The notes under the pieces were generated by a model, which was not told the DNA's origin, did no database searches, and saw only the letters and a list, made by a program, of their open reading frames with translations. The translations under genes and the position numbers were made by a program. Positions 42,457 through 56,919 of a stretch of 64,000 nucleotides of DNA are shown here, in pieces; position 1 is the first letter of the stretch, and every line of letters starts with the position of its first letter. The stretch spans positions 440,572,001 to 440,636,000 of the forward strand of contig OZ024740.1 in the NCBI GenBank assembly GCA_964016885.1, in the 5' to 3' direction. Origin of the DNA: Eledone cirrhosa. Its lineage: Eukaryota.

Positions 42457-42490
42457 TATATATACACATATATGACCCTCCCAAAGTATT

Positions 42491-42562
<72 letters not shown>

Positions 42563-42579
42563 TATATATATATATATAC

Positions 42580-45500
42580 AGTCCAAGAGTAACCAATCTT
42601 AAAGAGAGAGATGGAGATAGTAGTGGAGATATGAGAGGAGAGATTGGTGAGTTAGTTAGACGCCAAAGCGTAAAGGCATGTGCTCAATGTGCAATATGCA
42701 GTAGAAAGCAGCTAGATGGCTGGGTTCATGCAGAAGTTAGGTGCGCAGAGCTGGAAATATTCATTAGTTAAGCAAAACAAGACCACAAAATTCACAAGGA
42801 AGACATTATTAAAAGATTGTCAACATATTTTAGTTTGATGTAAGGAATGTAGAGAATAAGAATAATATTAATAATAATAATGTCTGTTTACAATTGTTTC
42901 GCTACTCCATATAATATTTCTGGATCAGATGACTATATATCATAATTGATCTGGTTCAGTTGAAAATAATTAACATATTTAAAAAAACAGAGTGGCTCAT
43001 CGGAACTCAAAGGAATATAAATTAAAATAATGTTACATAATATAATGTTCCTTATATTGGTTTTTACTATGGTGTCTTGGTTGCATCAGCTGTCAGCCAT
43101 AATCAAGCAAGTATTCATCTGTCGAGGCTGCATTGTGTGAGATCTGCCTATGGGTAACAAGATGGCTGCCAAAGGGCATATTTACCTTACTAATTAGAGG
43201 GTGGTTTCAGGGGAAGTAACTTCTCGAGAGATTAGAGATTGTGAGTATTTATAGTTAAGTGCTAGTTTTTAAATTTTGTAATTGAGAGACAATGTAGGGG
43301 AGGTAACTTATAATTATCGAGTTGTTCATAGCAATTTAACTTATTAACTACAAGAAGAAATGACTAAGTTGGGTCAAAAATTCTATTGGAGAAGGAATTA
43401 GCCCTTCGATGTTGACAGCTAATGGTTACCTCCGTTCTATCGTTGATCGGTAGAGGTCGTGATAGATTTATGTAATATGCTTCCGTAACACAGAGATCAC
43501 AAGATTTTCTTCGTCCGTTGAACGGTTGGGTCCTAGCCACGATATCCCATTTTAGTGAGTGTTGAATGTTATTTAATTTAAGGTTTTTAATGAGCCTAGC
43601 TAGCGATGTCGAACATCTGCTGCTAGGGTCTCGGAAGGAAAAAGAGTGCACGTTATAGCGTATCTTAAAAGGGTTAGAGGTAGACCCGATATAAGAGCTG
43701 GTATTCGAAGCAGTCTCAACCGTGCACCTATAGACTATGTTGGGTGTTAGGCAGTGTCCATTTAATGGGCATGCATTGGGGTAACGGCAGTTGCAGTTGC
43801 TTCTGCGGTTAGTGAGAGTAGGGTTGTTTAACCTGAGCGCTTGGTCCGTGCTAGAAGGATTAGATGGGGGAGGTGGGCTACTAGAGTAATTATTGGTGTA
43901 GTGGCATGGTGTATTTGATAGGGGAGGAGATAGCGCGATGTGGGAGTTATACTGTCTTAGCTTATGATGGTTACTCAACGCGATGTGGCTAGCTAGGTTA
44001 GGTGTTGTGGAGAATGAGATTTAAATGTTATTTTTAATAAAGAGTTTGTAATATCTATGGTTGGGGGGGAAGTGTTTGGATAGGATAGAGAAGAAGCGTT
44101 TGGGGATATTAGTGGCTAGATTAGATGAGAATGGTGGGTTGAGCCAGGTGATATTTCTAGGTATATTCCTTCTAGGGGTTCTAGTGGAGTTGGTTGGGGC
44201 CTTCCTAGGGTTATTATTTCCTGGGGATTTGTTATTTGTCATCCCATTTCTCATTCCTATTCTAGGGTTGATTTTTAGTTTGCTACTTGGAGTGCGGAGC
44301 AGGCCGCTGCCACCATTAAAGTTCCCTGTATAGGTGTTTTTACTGCTTAAATTCCGGCGAATCTGGCTATATGCTAAGGTATTTCTAGTTCTAGTTCTAG
44401 TGTTAAGCTTATTATGTTGAGTTGCTGTGTTATGGCATTTAGGTATGTAATAAATTGATTATTTATAACCAGATTCAGAGAGAGCCTTATTATAATATTG
44501 TGCGTGGTTTATAAATATCTCTTCATTTGCTGATAGCATTGAGATCCTATAGGAGATAGATTTGATTACTGCTCTGATGACTGCCGGTGGGTGGTTAGAG
44601 TGTGGGCTAATATATGGGAGTATTTCACCTGGTTTATGGTAAGGGTTATAAAGGTTATTGTTGAGATCAAGGGTGACGTCTAGGAAGTTTACTACTTTAT
44701 GGTTCAGCTCGATGGTGATAGAGAGACCGTTATTTTTGAAGAATCTATGAAATTGTTTCTTTAGCAAATCGATTCCCCGATTAGTGCAATTGTGGACCAC
44801 AAATAGGGCGTCGTCCCTGTATATTCCGCCTTGCATGGGTTGGATTTCGGCTCTGATGTTACGTAATAGGTAAATCCCAACTAAATCGGTGATTTGCGCG
44901 GAGTCACTTGAGCCCATCGTAATGTCAAAGTTGTCTGTTCTATCTTTTCTAGTCCAGAGTGCTCCGTTGAATTCAATGATAGTCTGCCTAGCCATGAGTA
45001 TGATGTTAATCTCATTATTGGTTATGTCCGAGTTGGTGGTGGCTAGGGCTAGTGCTTTGTTGAGCAGTTCCGGGGTTATTGACACGTAATAGCTGTCTAT
45101 ATCAAATTGGATGAACCTCATAGATTGCTTGGAACTTAGATCGGAGAGCCATATGATGACTTGGCGGGTGTTGGACCACAACTTGTAGGTGGTATCATTC
45201 CGTAGCCCAGGAATTATCTTATCAAGGATGTTCTTACTGATGCGGCCCAGGTCAGATGTGGTTGGGCTTATGAGTCTAATGGATGGGATCTCTATAAAGT
45301 TTGGCTTGTGATCCTTGAGAGAGAACCTTGGGGTTGTTGGTACATAGGGTGGGTAAATCTATCCAAATACAAGTCCTTAACCAAAGCCTGGGCTTTTCGG
45401 TTAAGTACGTTTACACTGGAGGGTGTAGTTTTTTTTATAGTTTTTATTGAGTTCTTTAAGAAGGAAAGAGTTGTAAGTTTCAGGAGTAAGTTTCAGGAGT

Positions 45501-45684
45501 AAGTTTCATGGTGTATAGATTTTTGGTTTTGTCAGACATAACATGTAAGAGCTTGCTATCTTTAAATCTTTTATAGTTGTTGCTAATGTGGTGAGGAAGT
45601 TATTCCTGTGTCTATAATGCTTTTTGAAATTAATGCTCCTGACGAAGTTGAATAGATCTTTCTCAAAAGGGTCCAGCAGGTTGT

Positions 45685-45687
<3 letters not shown>
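42580..45687 (-). mobile_element. PLE 1: frameshifted RT + GIY-YIG (coding 43364-45687), 5'-truncated
   Basis: FIQFDIDSYY, MGSSDSAQITDLVG, YRDD, NFLDVTLDL, SNHPP, WLNPPF, CNCR..CPL..CL, IVY..YIG..R, CDLC, SCQH. Confidence 0.92.
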
Positions 45688-45740
<53 letters not shown>

Positions 45741-45772
45741 GGCATATATATATATATATATATATATATACG

Positions 45773-45821
<49 letters not shown>

Positions 45822-45857
45822 GTATATATATATGTATATATATATATAAATATATAT

Positions 45858-48300
45858 AGTTTTAATATAGAGGAGATTCTACAGGACTAGAAATGTTTCA
45901 TTCTTTAGAAATCATCAGGAATCTGGGTATCAAAAAATAAATATGGTATTTATAGGTCTCTTCGGGTGGTAGGTAGGAGAGGGTGGGGAGTGTGATGGGT
46001 AGAGGTCATTGGTTGATAGAAAAGAGAATTCATTAAAAGCTAATTCTTTAAAGCTATAATTTATATTTAGAGTAACAAAGGCAGAAAGAATTCTATAAAC
46101 AAGTTCAGAATGGGGTGCCACTCCTTATTTTTAAGTTTCTCTTAAGCTAACAATGCCTATATTACAGGTAGACCTCTTCAAGATGATCAAAGATATCAAA
46201 TTCCGTAGAGCCACCACACCATTCCAGGCCTACTTAAATACTGAATTGCGGAATATAATAAAATCTCCTAATCTTCATGTCTCCTCCGATAAAACCAAAA
46301 ACGTTTATGAGGTAGAGCCACAGACCTACAATAAGCTGGCAAAAAATGCCATCATGACCACCTACAAAAAGCTAATAGATATGGCATTGACTGAGACAAA
46401 CGCGGCCGGAAAAGAAATCGCCAAGTCTCTTAAATTACATGACCGAACCGAAACTTTAAGGGTAAAGACCCCGCACTTACCCTGAAGGACCATAATGGAA
46501 ACTTTCTCAACAAACCATCAGTCAGACTTATCAACCCCACTCGTTCAGACATCGGCTCTATCAGTAAGAAGATCCTAGATAGAATTCTACCATCATTGCG
46601 GGTTGCCTCACCACTCCCACTCTGGAGCAGAACATCTGAGGCAATATCCTGGTTCCAAGAATTACCGGACAAACGCCACACTCGCTTCCTGCAACTCGAC
46701 ATAGAAAACTACTATGCTTCTATCTCGGAGCCCCTCCTGAAGGACGCAGTTACCTTTGCCAGGAATTTTACCACCATTACCGATGCTGAGCAAGTTGTTA
46801 TCCTCCACGCCCGTAAGACCTTTCTATACCACGATGGATCTTACTGGATCAACAAGAAGTCTCAGACCCCATTTGACGTCAGCATGGGAGCGAGTGACTC
46901 GGCTGAAATTAGCCACCTTGTGGGCCTGTACATTTTACATCACCTGAAGAACCTCTTTACTGGCCTAACCGGAGGTTTATACCGAGACGACGGCCTCTTC
47001 GCCCTGCACAAGGTTAACCCCAGAACCACCGATGTGTTTCGGAGAAACTTAAGCTCGTTCTTCTCTAATCTAGGATTTAGTATAACTATAGAATCTAATA
47101 TGACTAGGGCCAACTTCTTAGATGTCACTCTCGACCTAGATATTTCCCTCTATTACCCGTACCACAAACCTAACGAGTCCCTTAGATATATTAATGTTAA
47201 TTCTAACCACCCCAAAAACATCACTGATAACTTAGTAAAAAACGTCTCTATTAGAATCTCTGGCCTCTCTGCCAACGAAGATATTTTTAACGCCTCTGCC
47301 TCCTACTACAATGACGCCTCGCCTGCAGCGGATTTAAAGAAAAGATAACTTACCTAGAAACCACCGCAAGTTTGCAGAGGAGGAATAGGCATAGGCAGAT
47401 TAGCTGGTACAACCCTCCCTTCAATAGAGAGGTCTCTACAACGATACCTAGTATTTTATTCACATTGCTGAAAACACACTTCCCCATACAACATAGGTAC
47501 TACAGCATCTTTAATAAGAACACAATAAGACTCTCCTACTCCACCACACCTAACCTAGCTAGGAATATAGTCAACCACAATTCTAAAAAATTAAATAAGC
47601 CAACCACCTCCGAACCCAATCCCCGGACTGGGGCCTTGTGTAATTGTCTAAATAAGGATGCCTGCCCACTTGAAAACAAATGCTTGACTAATGATATCGT
47701 ATACAAATGCGATGTCATCTCAGGCACCGATGATTGCAATAACAAAAAGACTTACATTGGCATAACTTCGAATAACTTTAAGACCCGTTGGTATGCCCAT
47801 ACCCACTCCTTCAGAAGACCGGACAAATCAAACCAGAGAACACTCGCCTCCTATGTTTGGGACCTCAAAAGGAACTCCAACCCCATCACGGTTAAATGTA
47901 AAATACTCCAGAAAGCGCGCTCTTACAACGGAGGACACAAGGGCTGCGACCTTTGTATCTCAGATAGCTACGAAATTTTATTCGCCAAGGGTCCGCTACT
48001 GAACAAACTCTCTGAACACTGCCCGAACTGCATGCACAAGAACTTTGCAACTTTTAAATAACTTAAGCCAGTGTTAATGCCCGATAGCTAAAAACGACTT
48101 CCCTCTTTTAGCCCCTCTACATCGCCCCCCCCCCCCCCCCCACACCCCTCAACCTGAAATACGGCCACTATGGTTTTGTGAGTACATCTTACCTATCTGC
48201 ATTTTCTGCTTGTAGAGCTGTTTTTATGTGCCTGTGTTTATGCGTATAGTTATGAGTACTTATTTGTATATGTATATATATGTATGTATATGTATATATA
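45858..48300 (+). mobile_element. PLE 2: inverted family A pLTR (45858-46152) joined to 5'-truncated, frameshifted RT + GIY-YIG (46153-48061)
   Basis: LQLDIENYY, MGASDSAE, YRDD, FLDVTLDL, WYNPPF, CNC..CPL..CL, YIG..R, CDLC, CMH. pLTR homology ends at aagctaaca, where the ORF begins. Confidence 0.92.
45874..45924 (-). ncRNA. Minimal type I HHR, family A, intact core
   Basis: rc agattc-CTGATGA-tttctaaagaat-GAAA-catttctagtcctg-TA-gaatct. Confidence 0.85.
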
Positions 48301-48308
48301 TATATATG

Positions 48309-48367
<59 letters not shown>

Positions 48368-48680
48368 TACGTTATTCCGGGTTGAATCGGAAGTAACCAC
48401 AGTAAGTAAGTACTCGATATATAGCAGAGTATAAAAGTTTTAATATAGAAGAGATACTACAGGACTAGAACTGTTTCATTCTTTAGAAATCATCAGGAAT
48501 CTGGGTATCAAAAAATAGATATGGTATTTATAGGTCTCTTCAGGTGGTAGTAGAGGGTAGGGAGTGGGATTATTAGAGGTCATTGGTTGATAGAAAAGGG
48601 AATTCATTAAAAGCTAATTCTTTAAAGCTATAATTTATATTTAGAGTAACAAAGGCAGAAAGAAATCTATAAACAAGTTT
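48368..48680 (-). mobile_element. Family A pLTR with tail
   Basis: Matches 40634-40970. Confidence 0.8.
48452..48502 (-). ncRNA. Minimal type I HHR, family A, intact core, one stem I mismatch
   Basis: rc agattc-CTGATGA-tttctaaagaat-GAAA-cagttctagtcctg-TA-gtatct. Confidence 0.8.
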
Positions 48681-48686
48681 AAATAA

Positions 48687-49446
<760 letters not shown>

Positions 49447-49448
<2 letters not shown>

Positions 49449-50035
49449 TGGTAAACGGAATAGAAAATGCTGACAAATTGTTCACAGTTGAAAAATGGTT
49501 TAATTAGGAATAAAAGAGTATTAGTGATTGTATGAGTTAGTATTCAGTTGTGGTTTTAAGTATTTAAGTTTTTACCGGTTGCGCATTTCTAAATGCTTTT
49601 CAAAAATAATTTTGAGATAGAGTGTCCGTGTTGTTTGCTCTGATCTGATTAGTTTTGGGAATTCTACCTGTTTTTATGTTAAAAAGTGGCTCCAGCGTTA
49701 CTTTGGTGTTGCAAAAATTCTTGTGGTCAAAACAATTTTGATTGGTCGGTAGAGGTCATGTGAATGTAAGAAATTTATTTTGCGCCAAGACTGTTTTTAT
49801 GTTAAAAAAGAGGCTCCAGCGCTACTTGGTGTTTGCAAAAATTCTTGTGGTCAAAACAATTTTGATCGGTCGGTAGAGGTCATGTGAATAAAAAATTGGT
49901 TTTGCGCCAAGATTGAGAAATGACTCTTTCACAACAAATATGTGTGTGTGTGTGTGTGTGTGTGTGTAGTAGTAGTAAGGTGTTCGATATTGTGATAATG
50001 GTTAGCAGGGATGTGTGTCAAATAGCTATTAAGAT

Positions 50036-50089
<54 letters not shown>

Positions 50090-50267
50090 CAGAGTAATTC
50101 GTGGTAGCAGGGATGGTCAGTAAGAATGTGTCTGAAAGCAATGGGGAGTATTTTAGCATGTCAAAAGATATTTTTCAGCTTTTGTCTCATACGGAGAAGT
50201 GCGTGTGTGTGTGTGTGTGTGTGTATAAGTCTCTTTGTACGTTAATGTACGCGTGTGTATGTGTGTG

Positions 50268-50322
<55 letters not shown>

Positions 50323-50459
50323 ACCAGTATTTTTCCCCTTGGTAAAATGGTGTAAATTATTCGATTTTTTCAGTAAAATCGGTTCTCTTAAGAGAGCATC
50401 AAAAATCTTAACAATAAAAGGTGTGAAATGATATTCACTATATATATATACACATATAT

Positions 50460-50509
<50 letters not shown>

Positions 50510-50639
50510 TATATATATTTTTTTCTTTTTGTTGCACCATAGAGCATGTGTGTTTACGTATGTCATTGTGTTACAATGACATACGTAAACACACATGCTC
50601 TATGGTGCAACACAAAAAAAATATATATATATATATGTG

Positions 50640-50671
<32 letters not shown>

Positions 50672-50677
50672 TATGTG

Positions 50678-50764
<87 letters not shown>

Positions 50765-50908
50765 AATATATGTATGTGTATATATCTATAGTGAATATCA
50801 TTTCACACGTTTTATTGTTAATATTTTTTATGTTCTCTTAAGAGAACCGATGTTACTGAAAAAATCGAATAATGTACACCATTTTACCAGGGGGAAAAAA
50901 TACTGGTC

Positions 50909-50982
<74 letters not shown>

Positions 50983-51151
50983 TACACACGCGTACATGAA
51001 CATACAAAGAGACTTATACACACACACACACGCACTTCTCCATATAAGACAAAAGCTGAAAAATATCTTTTGACATGCTAAAATAACCCCCATTGCTTTC
51101 AGACACATTCTTACTGACCATCACTGCTACCACGAATTACTCTGCTATACA

Positions 51152-51243
<92 letters not shown>

Positions 51244-51309
51244 ATCTTAATAGCCATTTGACACACATCCCTGCTAACCATTATCACAACATCGAACACC
51301 TTACTACTA

Positions 51310-51349
<40 letters not shown>

Positions 51350-51846
51350 TTGTTGTGAAAGAGTCATTTCTCAATCTTGGCGCAAAACCAATTTTTTATT
51401 CACATGACCTCTACCGGCCAATCAAAATTATTTTGACCACAAGAATTTTTGCAAACACCAAGTAGCGCTGGAGCCACTTTTTTAACATAAAAACAGTCTT
51501 GGCGCAAAATAAATTTCTTATATTCACATGACCTCTACCGACCAATCAAAATTGTTTTGACCACAAGAATTTTTGCAACACCAAAGTAACGCTGGAGCCA
51601 CTTTTTTAACATAAAAACAGGTAGAATTCCCATAACTAATCAGATCAGAGCAAACAACACGGACACTCTATCTCAAAATTATTTTTGAAAAGCATTTAGA
51701 AATGCGCAAACGGTAAAAACTTAAAAACTTAAAACCACAACTGAATACTAACTCATACAATCACTAATACTCTTTTATTCCTAATTAAACCATTTTTCAA
51801 CTGTGAACAATTTGTCAGCATTTTCTATTCCGTTTACCAATATATA
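49447..51846. repeat. 2.4-kb non-coding foldback palindrome with a 3-nt central loop (50570-50572)
   Basis: attggtaaacggaatag... / ...ctattccgtttaccaat; arms differ mainly in microsatellite length; each arm has an internal ~120-bp tandem duplication. Confidence 0.9.
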
Positions 51847-52011
51847 ATGACTTGTGTGTTACACCTCTATTCTTTTAACTATATATATATATATATTTAT
51901 TAAAGTAACAGATTAAAGTTTAAGCAAAGAATCGCTGCGTTCACCCTTAACGGGATCTTCTGAAACTAACAGAGTTCCCTCGGTTGAGCACTCTATTGAC
52001 TTATATTCATC

Positions 52012-54141
52012 ATGCAGAATCAACATCTGAATATTTCTACAAAGAACATACCCGTACCAAGCACGAAAACATACCCAAAACTCCTGATACAGAAAACAGA
52101 CGCGTTCATTAAAAGGTTGCTTTGGCGTGCCTTTTATTTCGATAATCCGCGAAAAGCACACAACAAACAGGATAAATTTGGGTTTAAAACCTATAATAAC
52201 TCCCCGTGTAACCCAGCATTGCTACCCTTCGAAAATGATGACTTGGAACTCATACGGAGTATCAAATTTCGCAATAGGAGCAATTCCTTCCAGCAGGATC
52301 TGAAGAATAGAATTCGTTTTATTAAGCATTCCAATGCCGTGCACGTCCATTCCGACAAAACTGGAAACCTATATCAAGTGGAGTGCAGTACTTACCATCA
52401 ACTACTACATAATGATGTAACTAAGTATTACCGTAAAACTAATCGGTGCGTCATCAATGAAATCAACGATGCTGGGTTTAAAATCACCTCTGATCTCAAC
52501 ATCCTGGACCGGACCGAACCTCTGGACCCTATTTCTCCCCACTTTACCCTGAAGGATCACAAATCCAATTTTCCGAACATCCCCTCTATTCGGCTTATTA
52601 ACCCTACAAAGTCCGATTTAGGTAGACTTAGTAAAAGGATTCTTGATAGAATTATACCTGAAATTAGAAGTTTGGCCCCTCTTGCACTGTGGAACAATTC
52701 TTTTGCGGTGATTGATTGGTTCAACGGCATATGTAACAAGGAACATTGCCGGTTTATCCAATTCGGCATCAACAATTACTACTCCTCCATCACTTTACCA
52801 CTTCTCCTTAGAGCTATCAATTTCGCTAAAACACTCACAGTGGTTAAGGATTTCGAAGTTGATGTCATACTCAATGCCCGTAAGTCGGCGATTAATTTCG
52901 ACGACTCTATTTGGATTAAAAAATCCAATAGTACCTCATTCGACGTGAGTATGGGCGCCAGCGATTCTACGGAGGTTACTGATCTTATCGGCCTTTTTCT
53001 TCTTTTCTCTATCAAGGACGAATTCCCCTACGCGGGAGGTAGTTTGTACCGTGATGATGATCTTTTGACCATGACTAAGTGCGGACCTCGTGCTTGCGAC
53101 AGGTTCAGAAAAGAACTGACAGCCTTCTTTAAAAGCTTCAACCTCTCTATACAGGTTGAGGCCAATCTCTCGGTCGTTAATTACCTCGACGTTACCCTCA
53201 ATTTATCGAATGGGTTGTATTAACCGTATAGAAAGCCGAATGATACGCTTAATTACATAAGTAAGCATTCCAACCATCCTGCCAGCATAACCAAGAACCT
53301 GGTAAGAAACGTTTCGTTGAGGCTTTCCCCTCTATCTACTAACGAGCATATTTTCAACGACCATTCCACTTATTACAATGACGCTCTTGCTCGGAGTGGA
53401 TTTGTTGATAAGGTAGCATATACAGAGTACGAAAATAGACCCGGAAGAAATAGATCCCGTCGCATTTGTTGGTATAACCCACCATATAATATGGAGGTGG
53501 CCACACCATTAGCTAAGATCTTTCTTTCCCTTATTACGAAGCATTTTCCCCCTACACATAAATATAGTAAAATTTTTAATAGAAATACTATTAAAATTTC
53601 TTACTCTACGACTCCTAACCTTGCGCATAACATCACAGCTTCAAATTTAGCTAAACTACCTAGCCGTAGGAACACTTGCAACCCTGTAGTTAGTACTAAC
53701 TGTAATTGTAGGAATCGGGTTGATTGCCCCCTATCCGGGAAATGCCTCTCTGGTAACATTGTCTACAAATGTAAGGTTGAAACACCCACGTCCCGTAGGG
53801 CCTACAAAGGGTTAACCGCCAATAGATTCAAGCAGCGTCTTTACATGCATACCCATTCTTTTCGTTACCCTCTAAGAAGGAATATGACGTCACTTTCAGC
53901 TTATATCTGGAGTCTAAAAGACAACCACACCCAATATAAGTTACACTGGGAGATCCTAGCTAGGGCTAGATCGTATAACGGAAATAAAAGACAATGTGAC
54001 CTCTGCGCCGCTGAGGCCCTGGAAATACTCTACGCCACAGACCACATCTTAAAAAAAAAATCTGAGGCAATTTCGGCTTGTAAACATAAATTGCACAAAA
54101 CTTTCCTGTATTACAGCCCCACGTTATACCCTAACGGATAG
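52012..54141 (+). pseudogene. PLE 3 RT + GIY-YIG ORF, 710 codons in one frame with a single premature TAA (53221-53223)
   Basis: ORFs 52012-53223 and 53317-54141 share a frame. Motifs SxKNIP, RLINPTKSDLG, YRDD, WYNPPY, CNCR..CPL..CL, CDLC, ACKH. RT motif A reads QFG (D lost) and YIG reads YKG. Confidence 0.92.
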
Positions 54142-54727
54142 TACGATCTATACGTGGATATTTTACGTCTTAATGTGGTAGCTAAGTATATGTTTTGTTT
54201 ATACCATTACTTATTTTCATAGGCAAGTATATTACCTGTATGTTTTGTGAAGGTACGTATACTTTCTCGTACGTATATTTGATTGTATATGTTATGGCGT
54301 ATAATTTTTCATATATTCTTGTACATATGGTTTGGTTATGTGTATACGGGAGTTTTGCGTCTGTGTGAGTATGCAGGTTCGTACGTATGTAGGGTGTGTG
54401 TATATGTGTACTTCATGTTTTGGTTGACTTACGTCTCCGAATGTGTATTTACATGTAGGTATGTGTGTGCGCTTGTTATATACGTATTCATTTATTTATA
54501 TACGTTTATTTAATTATTTATTTATTTGTATACACGCACATACACACACATATTTATATGTGCGTGGTTTTGTATACCTATGACAAGTGTTTTCGCGTAT
54601 GCTTGTGTATGTACGTATTTGCATGCGTGTATGTATTTATTTAATTTCTATTACCTCTGTATTGTATTTTATTTACTTTATTCTTAACTCTGAAGCGGAG
54701 ATTCTTTCGGTTTCCTAGTTAGAATTT

Positions 54728-55000
54728 TAGTCTACGACTTCTGCTATACCATTTACGTGGTTTAGTCTTTGCGTGCAATTGTTCCCCGACGCTTCACATA
54801 TGACGTATTATCTTCGTTTTTTTCGTTCATTGCCAGAGAACGTCTCTATGAACCACCTAAGAGAACATTAGTCTACGACTTCTTTTATACCATAAACGTG
54901 GTTATGTCTTTGCGCGTAATTGTTTTTCACAGCTCCTATTAATGACGTACTATATTCGTTTTTTCCCCTTCTTTACCAGGGAACGTTTCCACGAACCAAA
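54728..55000 (+). repeat. Two diverged ~140-bp tandem units in the PLE 3 3' region
   Basis: ttagtctacgacttct...ataccat..acgtggtt...atgacgta...gaacgt...gaacca occurs twice. Confidence 0.8.
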
Positions 55001-55235
55001 GTATCGTCTTCCTGTCTTCCTCCGGTTGCAACGTTTTTTTAAAATATCCACTTCTGCGTTTACAGATTGACTTTGTTAGTTTCAGAAGATCCCGTTAAGG
55101 GTGAAAGCAGCGATTCTTTGCTTAAACTTTAATCTTTTATTTTAATAAATATTTGCTCTACGGTTCTTATATATTTGATATATATTTATCCTTATCGAGC
55201 CCTCTTTGGATTTTAGTCTTCAAATTTATTATCAT

Positions 55236-55275
<40 letters not shown>

Positions 55276-55355
55276 ATATGTATGTATATGTGTGTATATG
55301 TATGTGTGTGTATATGTATGTATTTGTATGCGTGTATGTATGTATATGTGTGTGC

Positions 55356-55460
<105 letters not shown>

Positions 55461-55604
55461 TATATGCATATATATCTATATCTATATATGTATATATATG
55501 TATATAAATGTGTGTGTATTTATGTGTGTATATATGTGTGTGTGTGTGTGTATTTATATATATGTATGTGTGTGTATGTGTGTGTGTGTATGTATGTATA
55601 TATT

Positions 55605-55637
<33 letters not shown>

Positions 55638-55641
55638 ATAT

Positions 55642-55814
55642 GTGTGTGTGTTTTGCAACGGGTCACTTTGTGGCTCAATGAAGAGTTAATAAATTAAATA
55701 ATCAGAGCTATATCTGGTGATTCTATAGACATGTTTTATGATATATAGCTGTGATTATTTAATTTATTAACTCTTCATTGAGCCACAAAGTGACCCGTTG
55801 CAAAACACACACAC

Positions 55815-55815
<1 letters not shown>
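55642..55815. repeat. Hairpin with ~70-bp arms embedded in microsatellite
   Basis: ttttgcaacgggtcactttgtggctcaatgaagagttaataaattaaataatca plus its reverse complement; the loop sequence recurs at 56380-56412. Confidence 0.85.
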
Positions 55816-55850
<35 letters not shown>

Positions 55851-56408
55851 GTAAACCTTTATATGTAATAATCTCCGGTTAGGTTGAGATACAATTTTGG
55901 CTGTATTGGGCTGCGCTTTCTAGCAAAAGGCCGCCGGCCGTAAGCAACTAATCACATTCTTTCTAACTTGACCGCTGCAACGTCACGATTCTGAGCCATT
56001 TTTGAATGTATTCTTGGCGCGATCACTTTGGAAAATTAATTGTCTAAATTTGGGCTACTCCTAAAGAGTCAGGTGCTCCAGATTTCCAATGTGATCGGAT
56101 ATCTTAAAATGCGGACGAAACCATGGTAGAGGTTACTAAATATGTTCACTTTTCTCCTAGTTTATTTTACACCTAGTTCTGTTTAGTTGACTGTATATCT
56201 GGGCGATTTATACACGCTGTCGAAATACTTGATAAATACTCCGTCGTAACCGCCGCGAAGGCTGCTTTCGGTTATTTGTCGGAGATTTCTTCATAGGAGC
56301 TTTTATTCTTATAGCTTGGTCTAATTGATTTTTTATAAGATTAATTATGCTAATTGGGAGAGGAAACGGTATATATTTTATCTAGTGATTCTATAGACAT
56401 GTTTTATG

Positions 56409-56472
<64 letters not shown>

Positions 56473-56543
56473 TTATATATATATGTATGTGTGTCTGTAT
56501 GTATGTATATATATGTATATATATGTATATATATGTGTATATA

Positions 56544-56628
<85 letters not shown>

Positions 56629-56711
56629 ATGTGTATATATATATATGTATGTGTATGTATGTTTGTATGTATTTATTTATATGTGTATATATGTATGTAT
56701 ATGTATGTGTG

Positions 56712-56814
<103 letters not shown>

Positions 56815-56854
56815 GATATTAAATAAATGGAAACTATATTTATAAAACCATATT

Positions 56855-56919
56855 TATTTCATTATACATATTTCAGGGATACCAAATTAAAATATGGTAT
56901 GCCTTCATCAGACAAAATA
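56855..56919 (-). ncRNA. Minimal type I HHR of PLE 4 (inverted copy), intact core
   Basis: rc tattttgt-CTGATGA-aggc-atacca-tattttaatt-tggtat-ccct-GAAA-tatgta-TA-atgaaata. Confidence 0.82.

Larger units (their letters stand above)
51891..55240 (+). mobile_element. PLE 3: near full-length element with a 5' inverted partial pLTR (51891-51975 versus 55071-55152) and a 3' tail, in (TA)n
   Basis: ~85-bp inverted terminal segments flank the ORF and a TG/TA-rich 3' region. Confidence 0.9.

Noticed and set aside
52012-54141. Telomerase, retron or group II intron RT
   Set aside because: The C-terminal GIY-YIG domain, inverted pLTR structure and several related decayed copies identify a PLE.
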